Shown in pieces: positions 12,093-23,627 of a DNA stretch of 64,000 bases. Origin of the DNA: Elsinoe ampelina (lineage: Eukaryota); the NCBI GenBank assembly GCA_010093995.1, contig ML992501.1:1080632-1144631 (forward strand). Reading direction: 5' to 3'. Under the pieces are notes generated by a model that had not been told where the DNA came from, searched no databases, and worked only from the letters and a program-made list of their open reading frames with translations. A program made the position numbers and the translations under genes. The first letter of the stretch is position 1. Each line of letters starts with the position of its first letter.

Positions 12093-15000
12093 TCAGAACC
12101 CAAAACTATCCAGGATGCTGTTCGCATCGGGCTCTTTGAATGCGGTAGGTTTCTTCTCTTCGAGCACGCTCTGCTGCTCCTCTCTAGTCTTGTCGGCCGC
12201 CTTTTTCTTTTCCTGCTTTGGCGCGTCTTCAAAGGCGTCCAGCATTGATGCCGTCTTCGTCTGCTCCTTCTTGGGCTGTTCCTCAAAACCATCCAACATC
12301 GACGGCACTCTCGTCTCCTGCTTGGGCTCGTCAAAGCCATCCAGTATACATCTCACTTTCGGTGCCTCCTTCTCCTCCGCCCCAAACCCATCAAGCATAC
12401 TCGGCACCCTCCCCGTCCCTTCCCTCGTCTGGTCCAGATCATCGACCACCAAACTACTCCTCCTCCGCAATAGCTTCCTCGGATCCCTCGTACTCGTCGG
12501 ACTCCGCGGCAACTCCCTCACCTCTTCCACAGCCTCCTCCTCTTCCTCCCTCCTCCCCGTCTCCGCCCTCAAAAACTCCCAGTTCCTCACCAGATCCAGC
12601 GCCAAAACATCACACCCCATCCTCCTCAACAACCCCGCCGTCCTCGTCAAAAACCTCCACTCCTCCACCGGCTGAACCATCAACGCCCCTCTCAACGTCT
12701 GCAGACTCTTCCCCCTCAACTGCTCATACAACACCACCAACGCCGGATCATCATTCAAAAAACTCTTCGCCCTCAACCCATCCCCCACCTCCTCCTCATC
12801 CTCCTCATCCTCCCCCTCCCCCCCACCCAACTCCTCCAACCTCCCCACCAGCGCCCTCACCGCCTTCCCCTTCTCCCCCAAAAACCACAACCCCCAACTC
12901 ACCCCCCACCGATCCCCCCTCCTCACCGCCTCACCCACCACCCTCCTCCTCACCAAATCCCTCACCTCCCCCGCCTCATCCCCGCCGTAAACCCTCCCCA
13001 CCGCGACCGCCATCTCCACATCCCCGAGCTGATTCTCCAACACCCCCAACGCGGCCCTCAGATCGTCCGCCAGCAGGAAAAACGCAGCCGCGTACTCGAA
13101 CCGCCTCTTCCCCATGAGCGCAAACGCATTCTTCCTCGCCGCCGTCCGCCACCGCGCTTCGCTGAAGTCGTTGCGCAGCAGCCGCATCGTGGCGCCTTGT
13201 TCCCTCGACCACGTCGCCATTCTCCAGAGCCCGACGAGGACGGGTTTCTTGCGCAGCGCGAGGTAGTGCAGGCTGCAGTCGACGGGGTTGCGGGGGTCCG
13301 ACGAGGTGTAGGCTGATTTGGCGAGGGATTCGAATTGTTCCAGCAGAGTGGTCCGGGAGGTGAGGAAGGTGAAGAGGCGGGATTGGCGGGCTAGAGGCCA
13401 GGTGAGGGATGGGGTGGAGGAGGAGGGCGAGGGGGGGACGATGAGGGGGATGAGGAGGTCTTGGGACGTAGAGTGGTAGGCGAAGAGGACTTCGCGGTAG
13501 GGGATGGGGGAGGGGGAGAGGGTCCGGGTTTGGTGGGTCCGGAGGAGGTGGGAGCGCCAGAAGAGGAGGAAGCGGGAGGCGTTGCTGTCGATGGAGCGGG
13601 AGTGGAGGGCGACGAGGGAGATGCAATCAATGATGGAGGCGAGCGAGGCCTGTTCGGAGGAGGTGAGTTGGGGGATGGATTTGGTCGTGAGATAGTCAGT
13701 GAGGGAAGTGGCAACGCTGGTCGTGATACTTTTCGAGTCATCGTCGGTGTAGGATCGTGTGCCATTCGTGAGCGGTTTGTTCTGTCCGCTATTAGTATTC
13801 ACGCTCTACGTGATGCTCATAGTCAAAATACCTCATCCACTGCAGCAAAGTCGCTAACCTCGAAACCAAGCATCGCATCTATCTCATCACCTTCGGTGTA
13901 GAATTTCAGCACCTGCAGTAGCTTGAGCAGTACCTTCTGCACAACGTCAAGCTTATCGGCAAGCACGCACTGCATGATAAATTGAGGATGAAAGACCGGC
14001 AGAGGACCATTCATCCGCCTCACCAGCTGGTGGATGTGACTTGCTCGATTATGGGGTATGGACGACTGCAACTCGGGTGATAAATCCTTCTGCAGGTCGA
14101 CGGTGTTGCTTGTGAGATACAACTGATTCCCAGCTCCAATGGCAAGACTTCCGTCGCTCAACCAAACCGAGTCGCCGATCGGGTGGGGATTGGAAGACGG
14201 TAGCACGACCTCTTTGATTCGCGCCCAAGCTGGTCGTTCACTAACGTAGTCGTACCGCTGTTGTGAGAGGACATGCACACGCCGTGGAAAGCCAACAGCC
14301 AGTATTGACTGTCTATCTGGAGTTGCTGCCCAGTCAAGGTCTTGGATGTAGTCATCGAACCTCTGATCATGATCCAGTCTCCCAGACCGTGTGTCCCAGA
14401 TTGTCAGTCGTTGTCTGGAGTTGTCAACCAAAGCGGCTCGGCGAATCGAAGTCGCACTGCCAAGTGCAGGATCAATCAACCCAGTCTCGATGGTAGACGT
14501 GGTGAGAAAGTCTACACTTTGTTGTGTGATATTGACCCGGGCTGTATGAGTTCGGAGCATGCCCGTTGCGGAATATGACATGGCCACATCATGGGCGAAG
14601 GTGTCCAAAAAGTCAGATGCCGTGGCTTCACTACCTGCTGGATCCACCGGAAGTACGTATTTGACTCGATCCATGGCGTCGAGTTGGAATGTACAGTATC
14701 GTGACAGAAATGACTTCTCGCCGCCATCGTTCGTGGCGGAGAGAGAAGCTGGTATATTCGCGGACCAGACCCTGCCAGACATGTTCTCGTCGATAGCTGC
14801 TAGATGTACCACATCATCCTCGAGCTTCGGAAGTGTGAGCAGACAGAGCGGCTTCGTCTTGCTGTCGTACGCAGATCTTGCTATCTCTGTAGCATAGTAC
14901 GCTCTTGTATCCCACAATGTCAAGTTGTCATGGTGCAGGCAAGCCAGAAACTGTCCATCCCGGAGCAAGACCACTCTATGAATGTGCTCCTTGATGTCAA

Positions 15001-16402
15001 TCGTGCTCGCCCGGCTCAAAGACTTGCCTGGGGCATGCTTCCAGATTACACCTCGATTGTCTTCGGTCCTCGAAATGAGGGCTTTGCCACTTGCGGTCCT
15101 GATCACCTTCTTGATTGGTGAAACATGGCCGGTCCATTCCGCCACTCGCTGCAGCTTCTGATCGCCGGCCGAGGGACTCAAAAGATCTCTGACTATACCC
15201 TGATGCCAAGTGATTCGACCATCGAAGTGGTGCGCAAGGACGGCAATCTGCCCAGTGGTGGGAGACGGCAGGACTGCGACCATTCTTGTATTGGAATGCA
15301 TAGGCTGAGAATGTGCTTTGATCCCAAAATCGAGCCCTTCCGCAAAGTTGATATGGAAAGGGTTTGCCTGTATCTGAGGTCCACTGCTCCGTCGTTTGCA
15401 GCCAACACTCTCGAGGCCCCACGCGCTCATGTGTCCATACTGATCCGCCACCACGATAATATCAGGCTTGCGACTTGCAATCTCGTCAAAGTGCTCCTGG
15501 GCGTGCCTGGTCACCCCTGTCGCTGTGTCATTCCCTCCTTTTGCTGCCTTCTCCAACATCTGCGAGTTGATGACGAAAGCATATCTACGCATCGCTTGTT
15601 CTGACCGAATCGGATCTCGTGGTTGAATAGTCGCTAGCATATCTATCTCTGCGTACAGGGATAAGATCTCTGTAGCGTGCGGATTGGTTGACTTCCAGAC
15701 TCGAAACTTGCCATCCGCGCAAATGGTGAACAGCACATCGTCATCTCGCCCGTGAGAATCCTCTTCATCTTCTGCCGTCCTCCACTCCAGGTGCGTTACA
15801 ATATCCGGATGACGTAGGTAAGCATAGTCGAATTGGGGGCTCTCGAAGGATAACCTGCGCCAGATCTTGACCAAGCAGTCGTACTGTGACAAGGTCGCTA
15901 TGAGTGAGCTGCTCGGGGAGCATTGAGCAAAGGTGGAGGTCGAAGGTACGTTCCTCGTCCAAACAGGCGTGGTGATCTCCTTGTTGCGATTGGCCTTGTC
16001 AGATGCTGCATTGAATAGGATAAGAGCGGATGTAGTGGTGACGAGCAGCTCTTCGTCTGAGCCCCATGACAAAGTCTTGACTTCGCCTTGAATCTCTTCC
16101 AGACCAATGACCAGCTCCAGGACCCAGCGAAGCGTCCCCTTAATCTCCTCCCTCAAGCCGTAGATGTGTACCTTGCTTTTGCTCGCAGCCGCGATTCTGC
16201 CCGTGTGTTGGTGGTACTTGACGACGTGCAGGTCGTTCTCGAGGCTGTCGTCGGTCTCTATCGTCTGGAGAACAGATTGTGGGCCGTTGAGAAGAACTAT
16301 CGAGCTACCGGAGATATAGGTGACGACGAGCTGTCCTTCATGATAGCCATGGTCGAGGGCGTGCAGCTCTGCCTGTGGCTGCCCAGGCAGTATGGCTTGC
16401 AT
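12093..16402 (-). CDS. RAV1: Rav1, RAVE complex WD40 subunit (regulator of V-ATPase assembly); intron 13782-13831
   Basis: Starts MQAILPGQP, followed by WD40 repeats and LPVFHPQF. Rav1p_C motifs: RNPVDCSLHYLALRKK, LLRNDFSEARWRTAARKNAFALMGKRRFEYAAAFFLLAD. An in-frame intron joins the two ORFs. Confidence 0.95.
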
Positions 16403-16772
16403 TTGAAGTGAATCGCTTGTAACAGGCGACTGTCATTGTGTCATATTCAAGCGAAACTAAGCTGGTAATCGCATGCCGAAATTTGAGGTGCAAGATTAAA
16501 ACAACCAGTGAGAAGCATGTGATGAATTCTGGAGATGGAGATGGCCGTCCGAGCTGTCGTCGATCTCGAAATCTCCGCGGAGTCGGAACCAATCATCCTG
16601 GAATCGACCACTGTGAGCTCATGGAGATCATGGGGAAGCAAGGTACAGTAGCTTCTGAATACATTTTCAGAAATGTCATGATTCATTCAATTGGAGGGGT
16701 ATCTCAAAATCACATATGCTTGCTCGCTTTCAGAACGCCTCAGCCATGATGTCAGTAACACATTGCAGCCAC

Positions 16773-19700
16773 TCATGCACCCTTTGAAGGCGACCCATCA
16801 GGTCTGCTGCTCCCTATAGACTCATCATCATCTGCAGCTTCATCGAATCGGACTGTCCTCCCAGTACCCTGGAAGCGGGAGCTCGAGGCAAAAGCCGACA
16901 TGCCGGCGAGACCAATCGTCGGGGCCGTAAGAGGGGTGGTGCTGTTCTGGTAGCCACCTGCTCGCATCTTGCGTTGAAACGGAGTTACTTGTGGTGTCAA
17001 GGTCTCCATGTCCTCCAGCTGGCCGGGAGCGAGAGGCGCAGGAGTGGTGCTGCCGACCACACTGCTTCCGAAATCCATCGTCCTTGAATCTATCGTCCTC
17101 GTCTGCCTCGATCCTGGCTGCTCCTGGACAGTCCTGAATCGTGCGCGACTCCTAGCTGTCCTTCTCGATGGTGTCCGCAGGTACCCGGGGAGCGGGGTCG
17201 CTCCGAAAGACATGGCAGATTGATCAACACCGTCAAGCTGTTCCCCAAGATCGTCAAAGCGTGTCCATTGCTCAGCTCGGGACACATCATTCAGTCCGAG
17301 AATGCTGTCACCAGCTCGACCACGCGATTTAGACATCTTTGATGCGCGCATGGTTGGCGTCTTACTAGGACTATCTGGATCACCTGCGTCCCTCATTGTT
17401 CTTCTTCCATTGGCCTGCATCGCCCAGTGCCTCAACATCTCGCGCTGATGCTGTACAAACTTGCGGTCTTTCCAAGCTGAAGCAGTATCGGCGGTTCGCT
17501 GCAGCACGAACACCGTATCGCTTAGCTTCCTAAGCATCTTTGCGGCAAGACGCTCCCTGGCAAGCTGCTCAAACATGACTGCATCTGCTGTACGCTCGCC
17601 AATGGCATCCAGCTTGTCTCTAAAGGCGGCAAACACTTCTACGAGGTGGCTTCGAGTGTTGATGCGATTCGCTTCTCGCTCATCTGCACGCCACTGCGTA
17701 GTCTTGACGTGCCACCTCTCGAAGTGCTGCCTTAGGGCGTGCTCGGCCTCTTGAGTTTGAAAATGCTGTGCCTCGAATCGATGTGCTACCATAGTTGAAG
17801 CTTTCTCGTGTAGCTTGGCGAGGCAGTGACGAGCGAGACTCGCTTTGTGGCGTTTGCGGATGGTCGCATATGCTTCTCGTCGACGAACTTTCTGCTGTTC
17901 GGTGGTTGCTCTCTTCCACTTTTTGACTGCCATGGTTGTCAGGCAGTAGAATCTCGCTTGTGACGCCCATCTGCTGAGCTGTCTAGCATGTGAGCTTTGA
18001 GTCGTCCAGATCTGGAAACATCTGGGCAGGATCCGAGCGTTGCGAAATTCTATCGCCGCAAGCTCATTCTGCTCGCGCTGTCGCATGATGGCATGCATCT
18101 TGACGAGAGTCAACTGGGCCAGCCGGGTATCCTTGTTGTGATGCAAAATTTGTGTAGCTTCATCAAGCTCAAATTGTCGCGCGGCGATTCGCGTGCTGAT
18201 TCTGCGCACTGCATCTGTCTTCTGTCGATGTTCCATGACACGTCGGAAGAGGATCAATCTCTCGTCCAAGACCCACTTGTACAATGCCTGTAGTTGTACT
18301 CGTTCGTTGATCTTCAAGACAAGGGTCTTGCTTCTCAATTGATCGTTCCATGTCGTAAGCGCGTTCGCTAGCAGCCTTCTGCGGTCGACTTCTCTTGCCT
18401 GATAAGAGAGTCCAGTCGCTGTCCGCCAAGTCCGGAAAGCTTTTGCAACCAGTCTTCCGTCCTTCGCGGCCACGGCTCGAGCTTCTGAAGGCTTGAATGT
18501 AGTGTTGCGCCTCCAGAGACGGAGATGCGCAGTCTGGAGGCTCCGACGACGCAAGTTGATCGAGAGGACAACCAGATCCTGCGTCAAGGCGTTTCGAGCG
18601 CGTAGTAGAGCAAGCTTCGACTTCATCAACGATGTGTTGTGATGACCGGCGGCAGCCAACGCCATGGACTGTGCAATTTCACTTCGACTTTTCCAAGCTT
18701 GGAAATACTTGACCTCAAGTCGACCGTCTTTCCACATGGGCGCTTTCTGCTCGCAGATACGAAAGAACCATTGGCGGTAGAATCTTCTCAGTAGATGCCG
18801 CTCTCGATACAGAGTTGCAACCTCGTCATCCGTAGTGATCGTCTCTGCCCTCGAACGCCAAAGTCCAAACCACTTCCGTAGACCAAGCATTCGACATTTG
18901 AGCTCGTTCACTGTAGTGATATCTCGCCAGGCATTGAAGTACCGCGTGCGAAGGATGTGTCGTTTGGCTACATTAGTTCTCACAACCTGGTCCGAGGCAG
19001 CTTGAGCCCAGTGCGTGAAAGCCTTGGTCAGCAGGAAATAGTCGCGGACCCTTGTGATGCGCCGCTCTTGCTGCTTTCTGAATTTACTCGTAAAGGCATT
19101 GTCGCGCATAGAGCTGAAGGATTGCTTAAGCAAGGTCCGCCGATCATGGTTGGTAGCCATTTGCAGAAGATCTTGTTGCCGCCGATGGGTTTGGGTTGCG
19201 CGTGCATGCCAGAGCCACAAAAAGCGCCGGCCAACTTTGGTGAAATACATGTACTCAGCATCCGCCTCGAGTTGTTGCACATTGGCAGGTTGAGTCCAGA
19301 CATCGGGTGCTGCTAGAACATGCTGCTCTTCTACATCACGATCGATGGAGGCAGATCTGATACGAGACTTTCTGTTCGTGTGAGTCTCCCTCGTGGCGCC
19401 ATGGGAAGGCCGCGCTTCGTCCACAAGCTGATGTGGTCGGTCTCCACTGATCCAGGTTGTGTCAAGGTTGCTGTCATTGAATGATGCTCGTCTTCGCTTG
19501 TCCTGCCTTGGCGGAAGTGTGGACGGCTCAGTCCCTCCGTCATCCTGAACTTCGGACAACGCGATCTCGCTAATGCCTTCATCTCCTTCATGGCCGACCT
19601 GGATGTCTGCTAGCGCTAGCAGAGCACGATATCTTTTGAGGATACCCCGGGTCCCATCTTTTGCCAATTCCATTCGGGCATGCGACAGCCACCGGAAGCA

Positions 19701-19929
19701 CCGGTCGTCATGTTGTGTATCGGTGCCAAACTGCGGTAAGACCTGGTCGTATGCATCGTAGAGGGCTCGGATTGGCAGATTTGAGGACTGTTGTGCAAGG
19801 AAAGCGACTTCGTAGAGTAATTTGACATCTATGGATAGTCAGAATACAGTCTACCATGGCTGGTGCTAAATTGGACGTACCTTCATCACCCAAGTCCTTG
19901 AGCGACTCGATCAATGATGTGGTTGGCAT
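16773..19929 (-). CDS. SFI1: Sfi1-like spindle pole body centrin-binding protein; intron 19829-19880
   Basis: Many periodic basic repeats ending in F/L..W (LLTKAFTHW, RTRYFNAW, RKWFGLW, AKAFRTW, PRCFQIW) and a TP-rich C-terminal tail. The intron links MPTTSLIESLKDLGDE to DVKLLYEV, in frame with the 966-aa ORF. Confidence 0.82.
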
Positions 19930-20511
19930 TCGACTTTTCGTCTGGCGCGTTTCCTGTGCGGCATTCGGACGACTGTGATGTGTAATAAGACCAGATGTGG
20001 TCGCTCATGTGTCATGAATGTCGGATTGAATAGGCTTAATCATGCGACCAAGTGATGAATGCCAATTTCGCAAAGTCGTGGGAGGAATGCATAGCTTTGT
20101 GATCAGTGGATCCGCGTCGGATATAATAAACGCGATCGCGTTCCGAGAGGCCTGCAAGCTGATATAGCAGATGGTCTGTGCTCGCAACTTTACATAAAAC
20201 ACTGTTTATGCTATCGTCATTCTCAACATACATAGTATAACCTCCAAATGATGACTACTCTGCTACTGTGATTCACCAGTACTACCAAGATCAGTGGCAG
20301 ATCACCTTGACCGCCTTCCTTAATTACTCACAGTCGATAACAAGCTGTAAGCACTTTAGACGGATTAGTCGATTGAGACATGGGAGGCAGCATTTGGTAT
20401 TCCCCGCCGGAATAGAAATCAGCAATCAGAACTTTCCTGTTGACCTTGTCTAAAAACTCCTAAGCCAACCTGTATCATCCTATCCAACCTAAAAATGGCA
20501 TTCTAGTGGTT

Positions 20512-21701
20512 CTACCGTTTACTGCCCTTGTAGCTTACGTCCATTCTCGAGTAAGCATTGCAGCCACTCTTGACCATTGCGTAACCGACATAGATCAATG
20601 GCCCTCCGGTAGTCTGCGGGCAGATGTAGATGAACAAGTCCTCACGGCTGACGCTGGTCACGGTGATCCAGGGCGCGCCGTAGACGTCGCCATTGACCTT
20701 CCACGTCAATGCGGGCGCCGCGGCCGAGTCCGAGACCAGAATGTCAGCCCTCGCGGAGACCAGCGTTTTGGCGTTGAGAGAGACGACGTCAGACAACGAG
20801 GCGTTCAGTACGCCGGGATTGCTGATGAGGGTGCCGTCGCTACGGAGTCTGAATGGCCACGTCACAGCGCTGGATTTGTCCGTGTTTAGGGATAGCGCGA
20901 CCTTCGCGGTCGAGATGCTCGGAGAGTTGAGACGGGCAAATTGGATGTAGCCGCCGTTATAAGCGACTCCAGTCCCACTAGTGGCGCTCGGTACCTGTAT
21001 GTAGAAATCGGAACCATACGTGGAGATGGGCGATGGGGGACTTGTGCTCGTGGTAGTTCTCAGAAGAGAGCTTGTCCCGGGTTGACTGCTCGAACCTTGA
21101 GGGCGGCTGATGGTGGTGGTAGTGGTAGAGGTAGTGGTAGGACTAGTGGTAGTTGAGCGAGAACTTGTCAAAGACTGACTGATGCTGCGGCTGCTGGTTG
21201 CCACTAGCGGCGCTGATTGCGGGCTTGCCAGAGCAGGATTCTGGTTGATACAATTACATGCCGTGAGGGCTTGATTTGCCGTGAGTCCACTTAGAATTGA
21301 CACTGATGCGGCCGTGCTATCGAGAATGTCAGCGTTGGAGATCAGATTGACAAGTGAAGGGGCGCAGGGGCATCTCACGTGGTGAACCATGAACAGATCT
21401 TTTGTGGATCCTGGTAAGTAGCCGTGAGACGCGATATGGCCAAGTCCTTGGGCGAGCAAGTCCCGTATGGCCCAGCCAAGCATGCGCAAGCTGTGGTAAC
21501 TTGTGTCGCGGTCATGTATGGGAACGGAGAGGTGGCCCGATTGCTTGCTGACCATGCTGCGCAAAAGCTCGCAGCATCGCTGCCAGCGGCACTGTATAAG
21601 AAAGAGACTTCGAAGAAGTCTAGGCAAGCAGGCAGTGCCGCGGAAACCGCAGTAGTAGCCGCGAGGAAGACCCCAGTGTATGGGAGGATTGATGATCGCA
21701 T
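20512..21701 (-). CDS. Secreted protein: signal peptide, two small Cys modules, Ser/Thr-rich linker, C-terminal beta-rich domain; intron 21317-21378
   Basis: MRSSILPYTGVFLAATTAVSA signal; AASFCAAW..QVTTACACL and QKICSWF..QALTACNCI; TTTSPTTTSTTTTT linker. The GTGAGA..CTGAC..TAG intron joins ORF 21375-21782 to ORF 20512-21627 in frame. Confidence 0.78.
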
Positions 21702-22186
21702 CGCGCTGAGTCTAAAGTATCTGGCAAAATCAAAGATGCACGAATGCTTGATGACCAAGTGGAATCTTTGAACAATCCGCACATGATCTTATATGAGAAG
21801 ATGCCATTATGAGATCTCGCAGCAATAGGCCCGTTAATTGAGACCCGCTGTGGAAGTCTCAAGTAGGAGTAGCCGAGGGACTGGCAATGTCATTCATGTT
21901 AACGACGGGTAGACCACGAGGGCTGGGTTGTTGATCAAGGATCGGTCCATTTGAACGTTGCGGCTGTCAACATTGCTGCTTCCGGACGTTCGCGTTCGAG
22001 AAGTCTTAGAGTCAACGTCTCTAATAATGTATTATGACTAAGTGCGAAGCTGGAAGTGAATGGAAGACGTTGATTGACGGCTCCGCAACCACACGCTATA
22101 CCGCTTTAGTGCTAGCTCCAATCCACCTGCCATCCGGATCATGAAGTCATTCTCTCCTCCTCACATTCGTCAGATCCGTCGACAGT

Positions 22187-22468
22187 ATGCCGGGAAGGAC
22201 AAGTCCGCTGGAGAAATTCAGCACGTCTGTAGCAAAATGTTCAGTCGAGGTATGAGAGTTCGCACAAAGTCTGAATGGAGCTAATACTTTCAGGGTGCTG
22301 CATATGGTAAATGTGTGGTCGCCGAATATACAAATGTCAGGAAAGACATGTGCCTACAAGAGTTTTTAAGACTGAAGAACTGCTATCTCGTAAGCGAAGT
22401 GGTTTCAATCGTGTTTCAGGCGGCATTGTCTAATGCTCGGGCAGAAGGCAGCTGGACGCAAGCAATGA
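22187..22468 (+). CDS. 60-aa twin-Cx9C mitochondrial intermembrane-space protein, NDUFAF8-like; exons 22187-22249, 22294-22389, 22445-22468
   Basis: Spliced product MPGRTSPLEKFSTSVAKCSVEGAAYGKCVVAEYTNVRKDMCLQEFLRLKNCYLKAAGRKQ*. Both introns are canonical and phase 0. The C-x9-C...C-x9-C pattern with AAYGKC and KDxCxxEF resembles NDUFAF8. Confidence 0.85.
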
Positions 22469-22970
22469 GCGCACTTCCAACCTGGCGACGAAGTGCTGTT
22501 CGAAGGTGGCGATCACCCGGACCTCAAACATGCCAAACATCCGCGAGCAGATCTGCCCAAGCAGATGTCTAAATTTTGACCGCGCCGTATCAGGATCTTC
22601 CCGAATACAACGCCGTCGACGCTTCCGTCATCGGGATGTCGGATGGACGGGAGGCAATGTGATGGAAACGAACTGAAGCACCTCGTCGGAACCTTCTGCA
22701 CTTCTCGAGGTTATCACACCTATGGTTAGACTTGAAGAAGCGTTACATCTTGGGCCTTCAGAAGCGTCCCTTCGATAGATGACGAGTACCATGGATGCAT
22801 AGTAACATATAAACAAAAGCTTCACCACAGAAGTCCTCGATTCCTGCGCCCAGCAATCCCAACAGCGTCATCTCGTCATCTCGTCAGCCGCGACCAACAC
22901 CAACATGCTCCCCTCCCACTACTGACCCCTCTCTCCACCGCTTTCCTTCCGACACCGACCCACCCTCCCC

Positions 22971-23291
22971 TCAAAACCTCCCACTCCCCTGCCCGGAAAC
23001 ATCCAACTCCCCAGGAATCAACCCCACCATACCCTCCTGATCATACACCTCCCCCCTGAGCCCCCTCCTCCCATACGCCAAATCATTATAACTCCTCTGC
23101 CTCACCTCCCTCATATACCCGTCCTGCTCGGGCGTGCGCGCCTGCGGATCCCTCTGGTCGTTGGTCCCCAGGAAGCGGTGGAACGCGGCGCACATGAGGA
23201 CGAGGAAGCCGCCGCCTGCCATTACGACGAGGACGAGGAGGGTGGGTGGGATGGAGAGCATGTCTTGCTCGGAGCGGGGGTGGGGAGGCAT
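22971..23291 (-). CDS. Small single-pass membrane protein of unknown function
   Basis: Hydrophobic stretch TLLVLVVMAGGGFLVLMCAAF followed by TPEQDGYMREVRQR, a motif type I recall from small fungal hypothetical proteins. Confidence 0.6.
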   Translation of the reverse strand: MPPHPRSEQDMLSIPPTLLVLVVMAGGGFLVLMCAAFHRFLGTNDQRDPQARTPEQDGYMREVRQRSYNDLAYGRRGLRGEVYDQEGMVGLIPGELDVSGQGSGRF

Positions 23292-23627
23292 GGTGGGTGG
23301 TTGGGTCGGGATGGGTTGTGTTTGATGGTTGGGGAGGGGATGGTCGCTGCGGTGGATGTGTGTAGTGGGGCCGATAGCTGGATTGTTGGAGCTGGCATCG
23401 ATTGCACGGGTCGTGGAGGTCGGGAAGATACGTTGTGTAGGTGAAGGTGTTCGGTTTCGTGCTCGGATCCATCGCGCTTGCCTTGTGCAGGCTGATGTCT
23501 TTGCTCTTTCCAGCCCATCATGAAGACGTGCCTACCTGCGTTACGGGAACTTCATCAAAGGTGCAGGAGCTGTGTGATGTGCAGATGGAGGTTTGTATTC
23601 AATCATTGCTCGTAATACTCGTGGATC

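Noticed and set aside
12034..13901. Extensin-like Pro/Ser-rich and Gly-rich ORFs (e.g. 12218-13117)
   Set aside because: Antisense or alternate frames of RAV1 within the C/G-skewed domain.
22480..22800. Possible C/D snoRNA (TGTGATG...CTGA) downstream of the Cx9C gene
   Set aside because: Box C is imperfect, the boxes are too close, and no terminal stem or rRNA guide could be identified by eye.
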